This document shows positions 12,108-25,583 of a stretch of DNA of 64,000 nucleotides, piece by piece (positions within the stretch are counted from its first letter, which is position 1; the number at the start of each line of letters is the position of its first letter). Made by a program: the position numbers and the translations under genes. This DNA comes from an uncultured Nitrososphaerales archaeon (GTDB lineage: Archaea; Thermoproteota; Nitrososphaeria; Nitrososphaerales; Nitrososphaeraceae): the NCBI GenBank assembly GCA_963695855.1, contig CAVOHZ010000002.1, positions 32,001-96,000 on the forward strand, read 5' to 3'. Below the pieces are notes generated by a model. The model did no database searches and was not told the DNA's origin. It saw nothing but the letters and a program-made list of their open reading frames with translations.

Positions 12108-13544
12108 TTATATTAACTCACGTACATCAACAAAATGACCCTCTATGGCTGCAGCTGCCGCCATGATTGGACTTACTAGATGAGTTCTACCGCCTACGCC
12201 TTGTCTTCCTTCAAAATTGCGATTTGAGGTACTAGCACATCTTTCTCCAGGTGCTAATATATCAGGATTCATTCCAAGACACATACTGCATCCAGAATCT
12301 CTCCATTCAAAACCAGATTCTTTGAAAATTTTGTCTAGTCCTCGTTTTTCTGCCTCTAATTTTACGGATTGGGATCCCGGTACAACTAATGCATGAACAT
12401 TTTGTGATACTTTTTTACCTTTTACTACCATGGAAGCCTCTATGAGATCTTCTATTCTTGAGTTTGTACAAGAGCCTATGAACACACGATCAATATGAAT
12501 ATCAATAATTGGAATTCCAGGCTTCAATTCCATATATTTTAGTGCACGAATGGCAGCATTTTTTTCATCTTCATTTCCTTTAGCAAATTCTTCTGGGCTT
12601 GGGACTACATCGGTTACATCTACAGTCATAGCAGGATTAGTACCCCAACTTACCTGAGGGGCAATATTGTTAATATCTACATCTATACTCCTATCAAAGA
12701 TAGCATTATCATCGGTTCTAAGATTATTTTTCCAATAATCGACCATCTTTTCATAATCTTCACCTCTTGGTGAATATTCTCTATCGCGAAGGTAATCAAA
12801 TGTTGTATTATCAGGAGCAATTAATCCTGCTCTCGCGCCAGCCTCAATTGACATGTTACAAATCGTCATCCTTTGTTCCATAGAAAGTTTTTTTATGATC
12901 TGTCCTCGATATTCAAAAACTGTACCCATTCCTCCACCAATACCAATTTTACGTATAAGAGAAAGTATAATGTCTTTTGCTGATATCGCATGTAAATATC
13001 TCGGTTTTCCGATAAAGTTAATTGCAGTTATCTTGGGTTTAGTCAACCATAAACACTGAGTTGCTAGGACATGTTCTACTTCACTTGTACCTATTCCAAA
13101 TGCAAAAGCACCAAAAGCACCATGTGTGGAAGTATGGCTATCGCCACAAACTATAGTAGTGCCTGGTAAAGTAATACCAAGTTCTGGCCCAATAACATGA
13201 ACAATACCTTGATAAGGATGATTCAGATCAAATAATTTTATTCCAAATTCTTGACAATTTTCTGCCAATGTTCTTATTTGGTTTGCAGAAATTTGGTCAA
13301 CAATTGGAAGATTTCTATTAGTTGTTGGTACATTGTGATCCATAGTGGCAAAAGTCAGATCACGACGTCGAACCTTCCTTCTACTAGAACGTAATCCATC
13401 AAATGCTTGAGGAGACGTAACTTCATGAATCAAGTGACGATCTATATATAACAAATGAGAACCAGGATTGATTGATCCATTATCTTTTGAAATAGGATAT
13501 ACTATATGATTTTCCCAAATTTTTTCAAATAAAGTACGAGACAT
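12108..13544 (-). CDS. leuC: 3-isopropylmalate dehydratase large subunit
   Basis: [43 protein letters not shown]. Confidence 0.97.
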   Translation of the reverse strand: MSRTLFEKIWENHIVYPISKDNGSINPGSHLLYIDRHLIHEVTSPQAFDGLRSSRRKVRRRDLTFATMDHNVPTTNRNLPIVDQISANQIRTLAENCQEFGIKLFDLNHPYQGIVHVIGPELGITLPGTTIVCGDSHTSTHGAFGAFAFGIGTSEVEHVLATQCLWLTKPKITAINFIGKPRYLHAISAKDIILSLIRKIGIGGGMGTVFEYRGQIIKKLSMEQRMTICNMSIEAGARAGLIAPDNTTFDYLRDREYSPRGEDYEKMVDYWKNNLRTDDNAIFDRSIDVDINNIAPQVSWGTNPAMTVDVTDVVPSPEEFAKGNEDEKNAAIRALKYMELKPGIPIIDIHIDRVFIGSCTNSRIEDLIEASMVVKGKKVSQNVHALVVPGSQSVKLEAEKRGLDKIFKESGFEWRDSGCSMCLGMNPDILAPGERCASTSNRNFEGRQGVGGRTHLVSPIMAAAAAIEGHFVDVRELI

Positions 13545-13638
13545 ATATACATTTGATATATCGAAGGAATATAATCATATATAGTATAATAATATCTAAA
13601 GAATGAAAAAATACTTATTAGTAATAATTTGACTATTC

Positions 13639-14307
13639 TTGATTAATATGCATTTACAAGATAATAGATATTCAGAGCAGATTGCAGAACAGATAAAGAA
13701 AGGAACTACTACATGTGCAATTTCCTGTACGGATGGTGTTGTACTTGCTGCTGATACTAGAGCCAGTGCAGGATTATTTATAGCAGACAGAAACGTTATG
13801 AAAATCCAAAAAGTGGATACTCATTTGGGTATGACCATTGCTGGGGGAGTGGCAGATGCACAAAACCTTGTAGATACAATGAGATATAATGCTAATATTT
13901 ACAGAATTTCTAATAAAAGAGTTATTCCTGTACATTCTGCAGCCAGATTATGTTCTAATATTTTGTTTAACCAGCGCTATTTCCCATACTACGTTCAGAT
14001 TATTATGGCAGGTTATCAGGGTTCTGGTTTTGGTCAGATTTATAATATTGATTTATTCGGATCACTTACTGAAGAGAAATTTATTTCTACAGGCAGTGGT
14101 TCACCAGTAGCTTATGGTTATTTAGAATCCGAATTCAAAGAAAATATGGCTGTAAAAGATGCGTATAAGCTTGCATTACAGGCAATAGCAGCAGCTATAA
14201 GAAGGAATGCAGGCACTGGTGATGGAATTAATGTCGTAATAATAGATAAGAATGGATATAGAGAGTTATCAAAAGAAGAGAAGGATTCTGTTGGAGCAAT
14301 ATATTAA
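13639..14307 (+). CDS. psmB: Proteasome beta subunit
   Basis: Propeptide then G|TTT catalytic Thr, GVVLAADTRAS, GSGS. Confidence 0.95.
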   Translation: MINMHLQDNRYSEQIAEQIKKGTTTCAISCTDGVVLAADTRASAGLFIADRNVMKIQKVDTHLGMTIAGGVADAQNLVDTMRYNANIYRISNKRVIPVHSAARLCSNILFNQRYFPYYVQIIMAGYQGSGFGQIYNIDLFGSLTEEKFISTGSGSPVAYGYLESEFKENMAVKDAYKLALQAIAAAIRRNAGTGDGINVVIIDKNGYRELSKEEKDSVGAIY

Positions 14308-14462
14308 AATTTAAACTATTGATAGTTTATAAAAATACCTCTTTCTAATTCCTAATTGGTTCAAATACTTGGGAGTATAGTATAATCTAAGATCAAGAAA
14401 ATTCAAATACAGATACATACTTTTGGTGATTTTGATCATTATTCAAATAGAATACTCATATG

Positions 14463-14594
14463 CCATGAAATTTACCGTATTATGGACAAAAACTTCCATG
14501 AAATTTACCGTATTATGGACAAAAACTTCCATGAAATTTACCGTATTATGGACAAAAACTTCCATGAAATTTACCGTATTATGGACAAAAACTT
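14463..14594. repeat. Perfect 33-bp tandem repeat x4
   Basis: CCATGAAATTTACCGTATTATGGACAAAAACTT at 14463, 14496, 14529, 14562; no spacers. Confidence 0.97.
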
Positions 14595-14615
14595 CAATTA
14601 ATTTCACTGTTAATA

Positions 14616-15893
14616 TTATTGTCCTTTAAATTTCATTATACTAGTTCCACCCATATAGTTTTGTAAAATGTCTGGAATAGTTATACCATTCGGGTTTTGA
14701 TAATTTTCTAACAAGGATACCAATGTTCTTTGGGTAGCAACTAAAGTACTATTCAATGTATGAACTAACTTAGTTTCTTCATTTGTTTTATCCCTAAACC
14801 TAATTCCTAGCCTTCTAGCCTGATAATCAGTACAATTTGAACATGATACTATTTCTCGATATTTTTCTTGTGCAGGCATCCAGGCCTCTATATCATATGT
14901 TTTGGCAGAAATATTACCTAAATCAGATGAACATAACAACATCACTCTATAAGGTATCTCAAGTTTTTTGTAAAATTCTTCCGTAATCCTTAACATACGT
15001 TCGTGTTCCTCCCATGAATTTTCGGGACGAGAAAATACAAATTGTTCTACCTTCTCAAAATGATGTACTCTAAAAATTCCTTTCATATCCTTTCCATGTG
15101 CTCCCGCCTCTTTTCTAAAACATGGACTAATTGCTGCGTATCTAATAGGTAATTTTGAACCTTCTAAGATTTCATTCATATGCATGGAAACCATAGCGTG
15201 TTCAGATGTACCAATCATAAACAGATCCTCATCTTCTATCTTGTATATTACATCTTTAAAATCTCCTAAAATTACAGCTCCTTCCATACAATTTTTTCTA
15301 ATCATGTAAGGTGGTTGTAATAATGTATATCCTTTATCATGTAGAAAATCTAATGCAAAACTAATTAATGCTTGGTTTAGTCTTACTAATTCATTTTTTA
15401 AAAAATAAAATCTAGCTCCAGATATTTTAGCAGCCCTCTCAATATCAATCAAGTCCAAGTCAATTCCGATATCTATATGATCCTTTATAGTGTAACTAAA
15501 TTTGTTAATAGTTCCATACTCTCTTACGACGATATTATCACTTTCGGAGTTCCCAATAGGTACAGATTCATGAAAAAAATTAGGAAGTAATCTAATGTAA
15601 CTTTTAAATTTTGAATCAACAGTTGCTATTTCTTCTTCAAGAAGTTTAATTCTATCTCCAATTTCATCCATCAGTTTGATCTCAGAGAAGATTGCTTGAT
15701 CATTCTTTTTTTTTGTAGCTATTATTTTGGCAATATTATTTTTTTTATGTCGTTCGTCTTGCAATTTTGTTAATAATTTACGACGTTTAGTATCTTCTTC
15801 AATTAGTTCTTCGAGTGGAAATTTTATATTTCTTTTTTTGAGCATGTCATTTATTCTGTTTATATCGTTTTTTAGAATTTTAGCATCAATCAT
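14616..15893 (-). CDS. serS: Serine--tRNA ligase
   Basis: N-terminal coiled coil, GTSEH, CFRKEAG, EIVSCSNCTDYQ, HTLNST. Confidence 0.97.
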   Translation of the reverse strand: MIDAKILKNDINRINDMLKKRNIKFPLEELIEEDTKRRKLLTKLQDERHKKNNIAKIIATKKKNDQAIFSEIKLMDEIGDRIKLLEEEIATVDSKFKSYIRLLPNFFHESVPIGNSESDNIVVREYGTINKFSYTIKDHIDIGIDLDLIDIERAAKISGARFYFLKNELVRLNQALISFALDFLHDKGYTLLQPPYMIRKNCMEGAVILGDFKDVIYKIEDEDLFMIGTSEHAMVSMHMNEILEGSKLPIRYAAISPCFRKEAGAHGKDMKGIFRVHHFEKVEQFVFSRPENSWEEHERMLRITEEFYKKLEIPYRVMLLCSSDLGNISAKTYDIEAWMPAQEKYREIVSCSNCTDYQARRLGIRFRDKTNEETKLVHTLNSTLVATQRTLVSLLENYQNPNGITIPDILQNYMGGTSIMKFKGQ

Positions 15894-16149
15894 GATCTAT
15901 CACTTTTTTCGCAATTTTTATATGGTGCAATAATTCATCAATAGTATTTATTAATGTACTAATATTCGTAGATGATATATCGATAATTAATGATTTTTTA
16001 TTACTTGACATTTCTAAATAAAGTTCATTTGGAAAATTAATGTTATCTGGTAATAATGTTTTCATAATTACATCTCTTTCTTTATATGTTGAAAACTTTA
16101 CTTCAATATTAACTGATATTTTAAATACATTTTTATTCTGTATTTTCAT
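15886..16149 (-). CDS. pcc1: KEOPS subunit Pcc1
   Basis: About 87 aa from MKIQNK; LLPDN...LINTIDELL pattern; rps15-DHH-pcc1 operon context. Confidence 0.7.
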   Translation of the reverse strand: MKIQNKNVFKISVNIEVKFSTYKERDVIMKTLLPDNINFPNELYLEMSSNKKSLIIDISSTNISTLINTIDELLHHIKIAKKVIDHD

Positions 16150-17572
16150 TTTCCGATATTCTTTTTCTAATAACGGATGAAAATTCTTCAGTCTTAGAAT
16201 AAGGAACATTAACAATAATGTCACCATTTAGATTCTTTTCAATCCGATAGTCATGTTTTAGATATTCTTGTAATATCGATGTTAATTCTTTTTTTGTCCG
16301 ATATTCTATACCTTTCCTGACATAAAAATTGTAGCTATTGTCATTTGATAATGTTCTTAAAAGTAGTAACTTTGTCTTGAAAGAAATTGATTCGCTTAAT
16401 ATTATGGAAATCTCATTTATTATTCCTTCATTTAAAATCCCTTCACCATTAACAAAAACAGTAGAATCATTATCTAATAAGCGCCATTTTTCTCTGAATA
16501 TTTTTTCAAGAGAATTCATAATATTTGTCTTGTAATCAAAAACTATTTTTTCAATTTCTGTCACTGTGTTGTTTCTTTCCCCCATACAAATTCCTATACC
16601 CAGTCCAATTTTTTCATACTTAATACATGAATTTAATGCAAATGCAAATTCCATCCCGTTTTTTAATATACTATTTTTGTCTTCATTTGGAAACTCAAAT
16701 ATGTATCCAATGAAACTATCAGATATATTTTCAATATTATCATTTTCTTTTTCATTTTTAGGATTGGATAGAAAAATGAATTTAGTAATCGCATCCAAAA
16801 TCATATTTTTTTCTTGATCTGAAATTTCTGCAAATGTTCTAAATTTTCCATTTCTATGTGTAACTATTCCAGTGTTTTTTAAAATTTTGTAAGAGTTCTC
16901 TTTATTCCAGGTAATTCCTTCAATATAAGGTGAAATATTATATGCTAATGCTTCATGTAGGGGTTTACAGTCAAGATTATTGAATATCAAGTCCGTTTTC
17001 ATATTCAATATTCCTATTGATGTTGCAATAGATGCTATTTCAGAATTTAATCCTATCAGAGATTTTTTTGGTCCTATGTTTTGTTTTTCTGCTAAAGCAG
17101 AAACAATTGCTAACATGGATAACCTTTTATTTCCTCTACCAATCCTTTCTGCAAGTAAAAATGTCAATCCACAGGATGTAATTTCTGCTTTTCCATCAAT
17201 TCCATATAAATAAGGATTTATTATTTTACCGTCGTACTCTTTTAAATCTTTAGGACATATATCATGATTTATGATCACAAATTTATTTTTCAATAAATTG
17301 TTTATCTTTGATATCTCTTTAAAACTAAAATCAATAAATATATTTAAATCATGATTTTCTATAACTATTCTTGAAATTAGATCAGAATCTAAATCATTTT
17401 CCAACCGTAATGTAATCCTTGCATCTAATTTTAATAACACTGATGAAATAAGACTACCTGCAGCTAGTCCGTCAGAACTCTTTCTAGCAATAATAATTAT
17501 GTCCTTATCAATATTTTTGTTTATTTTCTCTACAAAAAGATTAAGAATTGTTTCGAATTCTTTTGTAACCAT
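16133..17572 (-). CDS. DHH/RecJ-like phosphoesterase with degenerate motifs
   Basis: SDGLAAG, FIDF, IINHD, INPYLYGIDG; downstream of rps15. Confidence 0.8.
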   Translation of the reverse strand: MVTKEFETILNLFVEKINKNIDKDIIIIARKSSDGLAAGSLISSVLLKLDARITLRLENDLDSDLISRIVIENHDLNIFIDFSFKEISKINNLLKNKFVIINHDICPKDLKEYDGKIINPYLYGIDGKAEITSCGLTFLLAERIGRGNKRLSMLAIVSALAEKQNIGPKKSLIGLNSEIASIATSIGILNMKTDLIFNNLDCKPLHEALAYNISPYIEGITWNKENSYKILKNTGIVTHRNGKFRTFAEISDQEKNMILDAITKFIFLSNPKNEKENDNIENISDSFIGYIFEFPNEDKNSILKNGMEFAFALNSCIKYEKIGLGIGICMGERNNTVTEIEKIVFDYKTNIMNSLEKIFREKWRLLDNDSTVFVNGEGILNEGIINEISIILSESISFKTKLLLLRTLSNDNSYNFYVRKGIEYRTKKELTSILQEYLKHDYRIEKNLNGDIIVNVPYSKTEEFSSVIRKRISENENTE

Positions 17573-17578
17573 TATTGT

Positions 17579-18028
17579 TTATTCTAGCTGTGCAATAACT
17601 GCAGAATATTTCCAAGTTGTTGGTATTTTTCCGCTATTCTTGTAATATTTTGAAATTCTGTGAATTTTTGATTCAATTAATTCAAGAGATTGTACATTTC
17701 TATGATCACTATTGTGAATTTTTAGATGTTTTTGAAGACCAAGCGCTTTTTGTACCAATTTATTCAGATCTTCTGGCATTGATTGTTCAATATTATTATC
17801 TTTGAGTACCTGAGTTACAGATTTACCAAGAATAGGTTTTACTAACGGTATTCCATATTCATCTCTAAGACGTAAACCAATCTCGCTAGGAGATAATCCA
17901 TCATTAGAAAATTTAATGATAATATCAGCTATTTCTTTGGGTTTTTGTACTATCCAGCTTGGTGCATCCTTTACTGCTGGTCTAATCGAATGAGACTTTC
18001 CATGAGTATGAGCATGAGTACGAGCCAT
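17579..18028 (-). CDS. rps15: 30S ribosomal protein S15 (uS15/S13e-type)
   Basis: GKSHSIRP, PSEIGLRLRDEYGIP, PEDL, ESKIHR. Confidence 0.96.
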   Translation of the reverse strand: MARTHAHTHGKSHSIRPAVKDAPSWIVQKPKEIADIIIKFSNDGLSPSEIGLRLRDEYGIPLVKPILGKSVTQVLKDNNIEQSMPEDLNKLVQKALGLQKHLKIHNSDHRNVQSLELIESKIHRISKYYKNSGKIPTTWKYSAVIAQLE

Positions 18029-18122
18029 ATTGATACTTAATTTTTTTGTATATCTTAAATGTTACTTAAAATTTATATTCAATAGGCTAAAAGTTAAATA
18101 TTTGAATTTAGAATTGAAGAAT

Positions 18123-18449
18123 ATGATGAATAGACCATCTATCTTGGCAATGACTGCAGTAATATTATTGATGGGTACAGTGTTTACTTTAGTTGGAGTT
18201 CAGTCTGCCTTTGCACAAGGTTACGGACAAGCCCCTGGAGGTTCTTCTCTCGAGGAGCAATTAAATTTAGCAAAAGCAAAGGTTTCCAGTGCTCAATCAC
18301 AGGGTGCATATGGTTCAGGTGTTTCAATGCTTAGTGCCGGTGTAAATCAAACAGCTCTCTTCATTGGTATTCTTGTAGCAATCTTTGGTGCCGTTGCAGC
18401 AGCTTTCTTCATACTGAGTAGAAGTAGACCAAAACAACCAGCGACATAA
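18123..18449 (+). CDS. amoZ: Probable ammonia monooxygenase accessory subunit AmoZ
   Basis: Signal peptide (AFA|Q), LEEQL..AKAKV...GSG, C-terminal TM; divergent from rps15 and paired with an amoY-like gene (synteny recalled, not searched). Confidence 0.65.
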   Translation: MMNRPSILAMTAVILLMGTVFTLVGVQSAFAQGYGQAPGGSSLEEQLNLAKAKVSSAQSQGAYGSGVSMLSAGVNQTALFIGILVAIFGAVAAAFFILSRSRPKQPAT

Positions 18450-18567
18450 CAACTCTAACCTTTTTTATTTTTTCAAATTGCAAAAAAACATCTGGTAAAT
18501 TTTCATATCTTGGATTATATTACAGAGAATAATTAAAACACCAAAATGTATATATCATAGACTTTGA

Positions 18568-18864
18568 TTGCTATATGATATGGTAGTAGGTGCTATCACC
18601 AATCTCAGTACAATGATTAGTAACAGCTTCGCAAGTCTTATTCAACAGATCGGTCCAAGCTATGATCCGCTGTTCTACGATGTTATGGTATACATTTTCG
18701 GGACAATATTGTTTGCTGTCTTCCTTCTTGGAGTAATTTCTTTCTGGCTTCGAAGAAAAGGACTTGGCGGTTCTTCTGCGAAAGAGAAATGGACTCAAGA
18801 ATTGGAAAAGTATTTTGAACGAGAACAGATTGGTCAAATACCAGACGAAAAACATCACTGGTAA
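18568..18864 (+). CDS. amoY: Probable ammonia monooxygenase accessory subunit AmoY
   Basis: YDPLFY..M.YIFG single TM, then RRKG and a charged tail; next to amoZ-like gene; start uncertain. Confidence 0.65.
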   Translation: MLYDMVVGAITNLSTMISNSFASLIQQIGPSYDPLFYDVMVYIFGTILFAVFLLGVISFWLRRKGLGGSSAKEKWTQELEKYFEREQIGQIPDEKHHW

Positions 18865-18954
18865 AAAATCATTATGACGACGGTTTGTTATACAAAATAA
18901 ATCGTCTTTACTAATCTTATTTTAATTTTTTTTATTTGTAGTCATGATTATATA

Positions 18955-19571
18955 GAATGTGTTAACTTGAAATTAATTTTATTAAAAAATGAAACTATAT
19001 TTTTTTGTTTTGATTGTTGTATTATATAAATGAATAAACAATCTAATCCGATTCTATACATGTCCTAGATCACATTTTCTGTTCTTGTTGCTAATACATG
19101 AATAGCAATCATGAAGGAGGTTCTATTTGAAATACTGCTTATTCGTTCTATCAGGGTCTTCTAAAGGAGAATATATTCTGTGTTTTGGGTATAAAAGTTC
19201 ATGCCTGGAGATAAGAAATTATAAAACTCTTTGCTACAAGCACGATTTTTCAAGTTCAATACAGTACAAGAAATCTATAGATATTAAGTAATATTTGATT
19301 ATTCTTTTATCTATTGTAAAGATTGAACTTATTATCATATAGATTTGAAAAGATCTAGATTGAATTTGAGATGTAACTTCTTTTGTTTTCATCTTTAGAA
19401 GATTTCAATGTCTTTTTTTTGAGACTGACAGAGAACAAGAAAGTAAATAAATACAGAGAAGAATACATCATCATCATCAATCGTATGTTCTGTTTCTATT
19501 CTAATGATCAAGGATTGTTAGAAAGAAATAGCACCTTATAGCTCAATAAATATCGTTAAACTAACAAGTGC
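18955..19571 (-). mobile_element. Non-autonomous decayed IS6-family derivative (MITE-like), copy 2
   Basis: Ends GAATGTGTTAACTTGA / TTAAACTAACAAGTGC; 8-bp near-TSD ATTATATA/ATCATATA; inverted copy of 1020-1617. Confidence 0.82.
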
Positions 19572-19603
19572 ATCATATATAACAAGTAAAAAGTAATAAG
19601 ATA

Positions 19604-19708
19604 CTAAGCTTTTCCAGCCTCATCATCATCAATATTATCTATATCTTCAAATTCATCATATTCGCTTGCAAGGTCCTCTTCGAATTCATTTTCAAGATCA
19701 TTAGACAT
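19604..19708 (-). CDS. Very acidic microprotein (34 aa)
   Basis: MSNDLENEFEEDLASEYDEFEDIDNIDDDEAGKA, ATG at 19708. Confidence 0.45.
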   Translation of the reverse strand: MSNDLENEFEEDLASEYDEFEDIDNIDDDEAGKA

Positions 19709-19841
19709 AAAAATAATTGTACAACAAAAATAATATATTCTTTTATAAAAATTCTTATAGTATATATTTAAGTATATATTTAAATTTAAGTCTTGCATTA
19801 GATAATAATTTATAAGAAATTATATTCATTATTAATAAACT

Positions 19842-19994
19842 ATGGACGACAATAAAAAAAAGATAGAAAACAACGAAACAAGTTCATGCGAAAGTTGTGG
19901 AAATCATATAGAAATGTGTATGTGTGTTTGTCCATATTGTGGTGAAACAAGTTCATGCGAATGTTGTTTATTTGATGCAGCTACAGGCGAGTAA
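19842..19994 (+). CDS. Cys-rich metal-binding microprotein (50 aa; absent from ORF track)
   Basis: MDDNKKKIENNETSSCESCGNHIEMCMCVCPYCGETSSCECCLFDAATGE; TTTATAA about 30 nt upstream. Confidence 0.75.
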   Translation: MDDNKKKIENNETSSCESCGNHIEMCMCVCPYCGETSSCECCLFDAATGE

Positions 19995-20045
19995 TAAAAA
20001 TATTTTTTAAACTATTAATAGAAAGGCATACCAATTAAGTACTAA

Positions 20046-22953
<2,908 letters not shown>

Positions 22954-23505
22954 GTAAAGTGTTCGACAGACCTAAAATTTAAGACGAATAGTGCTATTAA
23001 TACTCTTGCAAATATGTATATAATCGGGTTGCAACTATCATAGGTTCCTGTACGATCTTTTACAAGATAAAGGTTATAACATAGAAGTAGCATGCATTAA
23101 ATTAATGGTCAAGGCATTAGGATATGCTAAAGTCAATAGAGAAAAGAAGTAGATGCTATAATAATAGCAGATGTACTGGGATTGCATATGATGTCACAAT
23201 ATTATATTACCTTAAATAAAGAAGAAATTGAGATCTAGTCAGATGCATACTATTTTGTAAGCATACTAACGATGTTCAAAAACAATATAAACATCGATAT
23301 TCCAAGCTTTCGTACAATCAATATAATAATATTTATGAAACTATATTACCTGTCGTAAAAAAGACTAATTTCAAAACATATCAGATAACGATCGATAAAG
23401 ATAGACAATAGTTAACCTTCAGATATTCGGTTAATTATTAATATCTAATTGAGTATCTTTTAAAGATAAAAAATGCAAAAAATTAAAAGAAAAAATGAAG
23501 GATTT

Positions 23506-24156
23506 TTAATCCCATTTACTCCAGGCTGCCATCCATCTATAAGTCCAAGTATTTAGTTTAGCACCTAATGCCGCTATTGGGACACAAAGTACCGCGCCAG
23601 CTCCAGCACCTAAAGCCACCGGACTATTATAGAACTTACCGACCTGGGGTTCAACTGGTGTCATATACGGAGGCAACGTGGGCCGAGGATATTTGAATGC
23701 CATTTCTAACGGATCCTTTACCAGCAAGAGATTTATCATATTAAATACTGGAAGAGACATTCCTACTAGTGTTCCACCAATTAGAATTGCAGCATGTTTG
23801 TTTCTTCTTGTTGCCCAATATGTGAGGTCTAATAGCATTGCTGAAGGAATCCAAACTGGTACTACTATGAAATCATATGGATATCCCAAAGCGAACCATG
23901 CACCTTTTGCAACCCATGTGTATATAGTCATAATTGTAGCGTAGTATGTAGCTGTACCTGGAACTCCGGTGAAGAGCATGTAATAAATCGCTCCTACCAC
24001 AAGCATAGTAGATTGTGAAATAGAAAATACGACAAACGAAGTCCAAGCCCAATCGGTATAGAAGATATAGTCACCCGCATTGATTGTTAATAATGTACTG
24101 TTAACAGCAACGACCACTATGAATAGATAGTGCGTTGTACGTCGTAGCCAGACCAT
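23506..24156 (-). CDS. amoA: Archaeal ammonia monooxygenase subunit A
   Basis: MVWLRRTTHYLFIVVVAVNSTLLTINAGDYIFYTDWAW...WMAAWSKWD, 216 aa. Confidence 0.99.
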   Translation of the reverse strand: MVWLRRTTHYLFIVVVAVNSTLLTINAGDYIFYTDWAWTSFVVFSISQSTMLVVGAIYYMLFTGVPGTATYYATIMTIYTWVAKGAWFALGYPYDFIVVPVWIPSAMLLDLTYWATRRNKHAAILIGGTLVGMSLPVFNMINLLLVKDPLEMAFKYPRPTLPPYMTPVEPQVGKFYNSPVALGAGAGAVLCVPIAALGAKLNTWTYRWMAAWSKWD

Positions 24157-24179
24157 TAACAACGTACGCATGACTGTTG

Positions 24180-24188
24180 TATATAAAA
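24180..24188 (-). promoter_or_regulatory. Putative TATA box of a leaderless amoA transcript
   Basis: TTTTATATA on the minus strand 24-32 nt upstream of ATG 24156. Confidence 0.55.
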
Positions 24189-24320
24189 TTTTATTTTTTT
24201 ATTTGAAATAATTTGTATCCAAATATACACTATTTAATCTATAATTTATGCATATTTATAGAAAATCTACAAGAAAATCGTATTATTAAAATAAAAAATT
24301 AAGGTTAATGATAAAATTGT

Positions 24321-24614
24321 TTATGGACGCATTGGTTTTTCGCCTGCAACTTTCATAATAAAGATAATTCCCAATACTTCTATGACAGTTAACACTGAAA
24401 ATGCAAACATTCCACTAGGTAAAGGGTATGCCCATGGATATACAGTTACACCAACATATATACCAGCTGCAGTAGCGACCCAACATAAAACAAAGCCCAT
24501 CATGAAAAGTGGTCTCATGTTTTCAACTCTACGTCCGATCATACGTTCTATTTCATCACGATTTCCACCAGCAATTCTTCCGCCACCGCTAGTAAATCCT
24601 TTTGGTAAAGTCAT
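24321..24614 (-). CDS. amoX: Ammonia monooxygenase subunit X
   Basis: MTLPKGF.SGGG...ERMIGRRVENM, two TM helices, adjacent to amoA. Confidence 0.92.
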   Translation of the reverse strand: MTLPKGFTSGGGRIAGGNRDEIERMIGRRVENMRPLFMMGFVLCWVATAAGIYVGVTVYPWAYPLPSGMFAFSVLTVIEVLGIIFIMKVAGEKPMRP

Positions 24615-24806
24615 TTAATATGTATGTCTCAATCTACCTTTTTAAATTTTGCTATTTATTAATATTGTTTTTAATATAAAAAATGTGCATAAAATTGAGT
24701 ACAAATTTATGTTAATAACTTGTTTGCAGAAAGAATCATGGATTAGAGTTAAAGAAAAAACAGCAAAACATATATCCATGTTATTCATTTTCCCTACTAT
24801 ACGAAT

Positions 24807-25364
24807 ATGATGAAAAGTGCATTAGCTGTAACTATCGCCATAGTTTTTGTGATGTCCACTGCAGTTACCATTATTCCAATTAAAGATGCAGAAGGTCATG
24901 GTGTACAAGCTCAGCTTCAAAGTAGATTTGTAAGAATTCAAGATGAAGCATTTTCAGCACAAACATTGAAGACAGGTGAAGAACTGACTGTAACAGGAAC
25001 TTTACAAAGTCTAGTAAATAGACCACTTAGATCATGGATATCGCTCTTTAGCGAATCCACAAATGCAGGTAATAGGTGGGAATTCACATCAAGGGATCCA
25101 CCAGGAAATGTTTTTGAGATTCCACCTCAGGCTACAATTCCATACACAGTCACCGCAAAAGCTTTGGAACCGGGTATATACCACGTACATACACAGTTGA
25201 ACACAGCAACAGTTGGTCCAGGGTTGGGTCCAGGACAGACTGTGCAAGTAACTGGAGAAGCAATATTGAAACCAATTCCGTGGATGAACGTTTGGTATCA
25301 GGTAATAGTTATTGGTGCTGGATTAGGAGTAACTTTTGCGACTAGACCGTGGCAAGTAATTTAA
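24807..25364 (+). CDS. amoB: Archaeal ammonia monooxygenase subunit B
   Basis: Signal peptide then HGVQAQLQSRFV, NAGNRWE, YHVHTQLN, FATRPWQVI. Confidence 0.98.
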   Translation: MMKSALAVTIAIVFVMSTAVTIIPIKDAEGHGVQAQLQSRFVRIQDEAFSAQTLKTGEELTVTGTLQSLVNRPLRSWISLFSESTNAGNRWEFTSRDPPGNVFEIPPQATIPYTVTAKALEPGIYHVHTQLNTATVGPGLGPGQTVQVTGEAILKPIPWMNVWYQVIVIGAGLGVTFATRPWQVI

Positions 25365-25371
25365 AACAACC

Positions 25372-25394
25372 TATTTTTTTATTTTTTTATTTTT
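25372..25394 (+). terminator. Oligo-T archaeal terminator after amoB
   Basis: Successive T-runs directly after the stop codon. Confidence 0.5.
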
Positions 25395-25583
25395 AAGATA
25401 TCTTTTTGTGTTTAGATTTTATTTCACGAATAATGGTCATAATTACCAACCATAAGGATTAATATTTCTATTGTACGCTTGTTACACTAGCTTAATGGTA
25501 CAATGCATTTTTTAATTATATCATTCAATTTTGTTAATAAATATTTTTTAAGAATTATATAGATAGATAATAATATTTTTTAT

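Noticed and set aside
14463-14594. Possible CRISPR array (33-bp repeats)
   Set aside because: Units are contiguous with no spacers; no cas genes in the window
18030-18122. N-terminal extension of the amoZ-like ORF
   Set aside because: Covers the divergent promoter region; the signal peptide starts at ATG 18123
22960-23450. korB-amoA gap as a possible amoC remnant
   Set aside because: No AmoC-like sequence seen; only stop-ridden fragments of unknown origin
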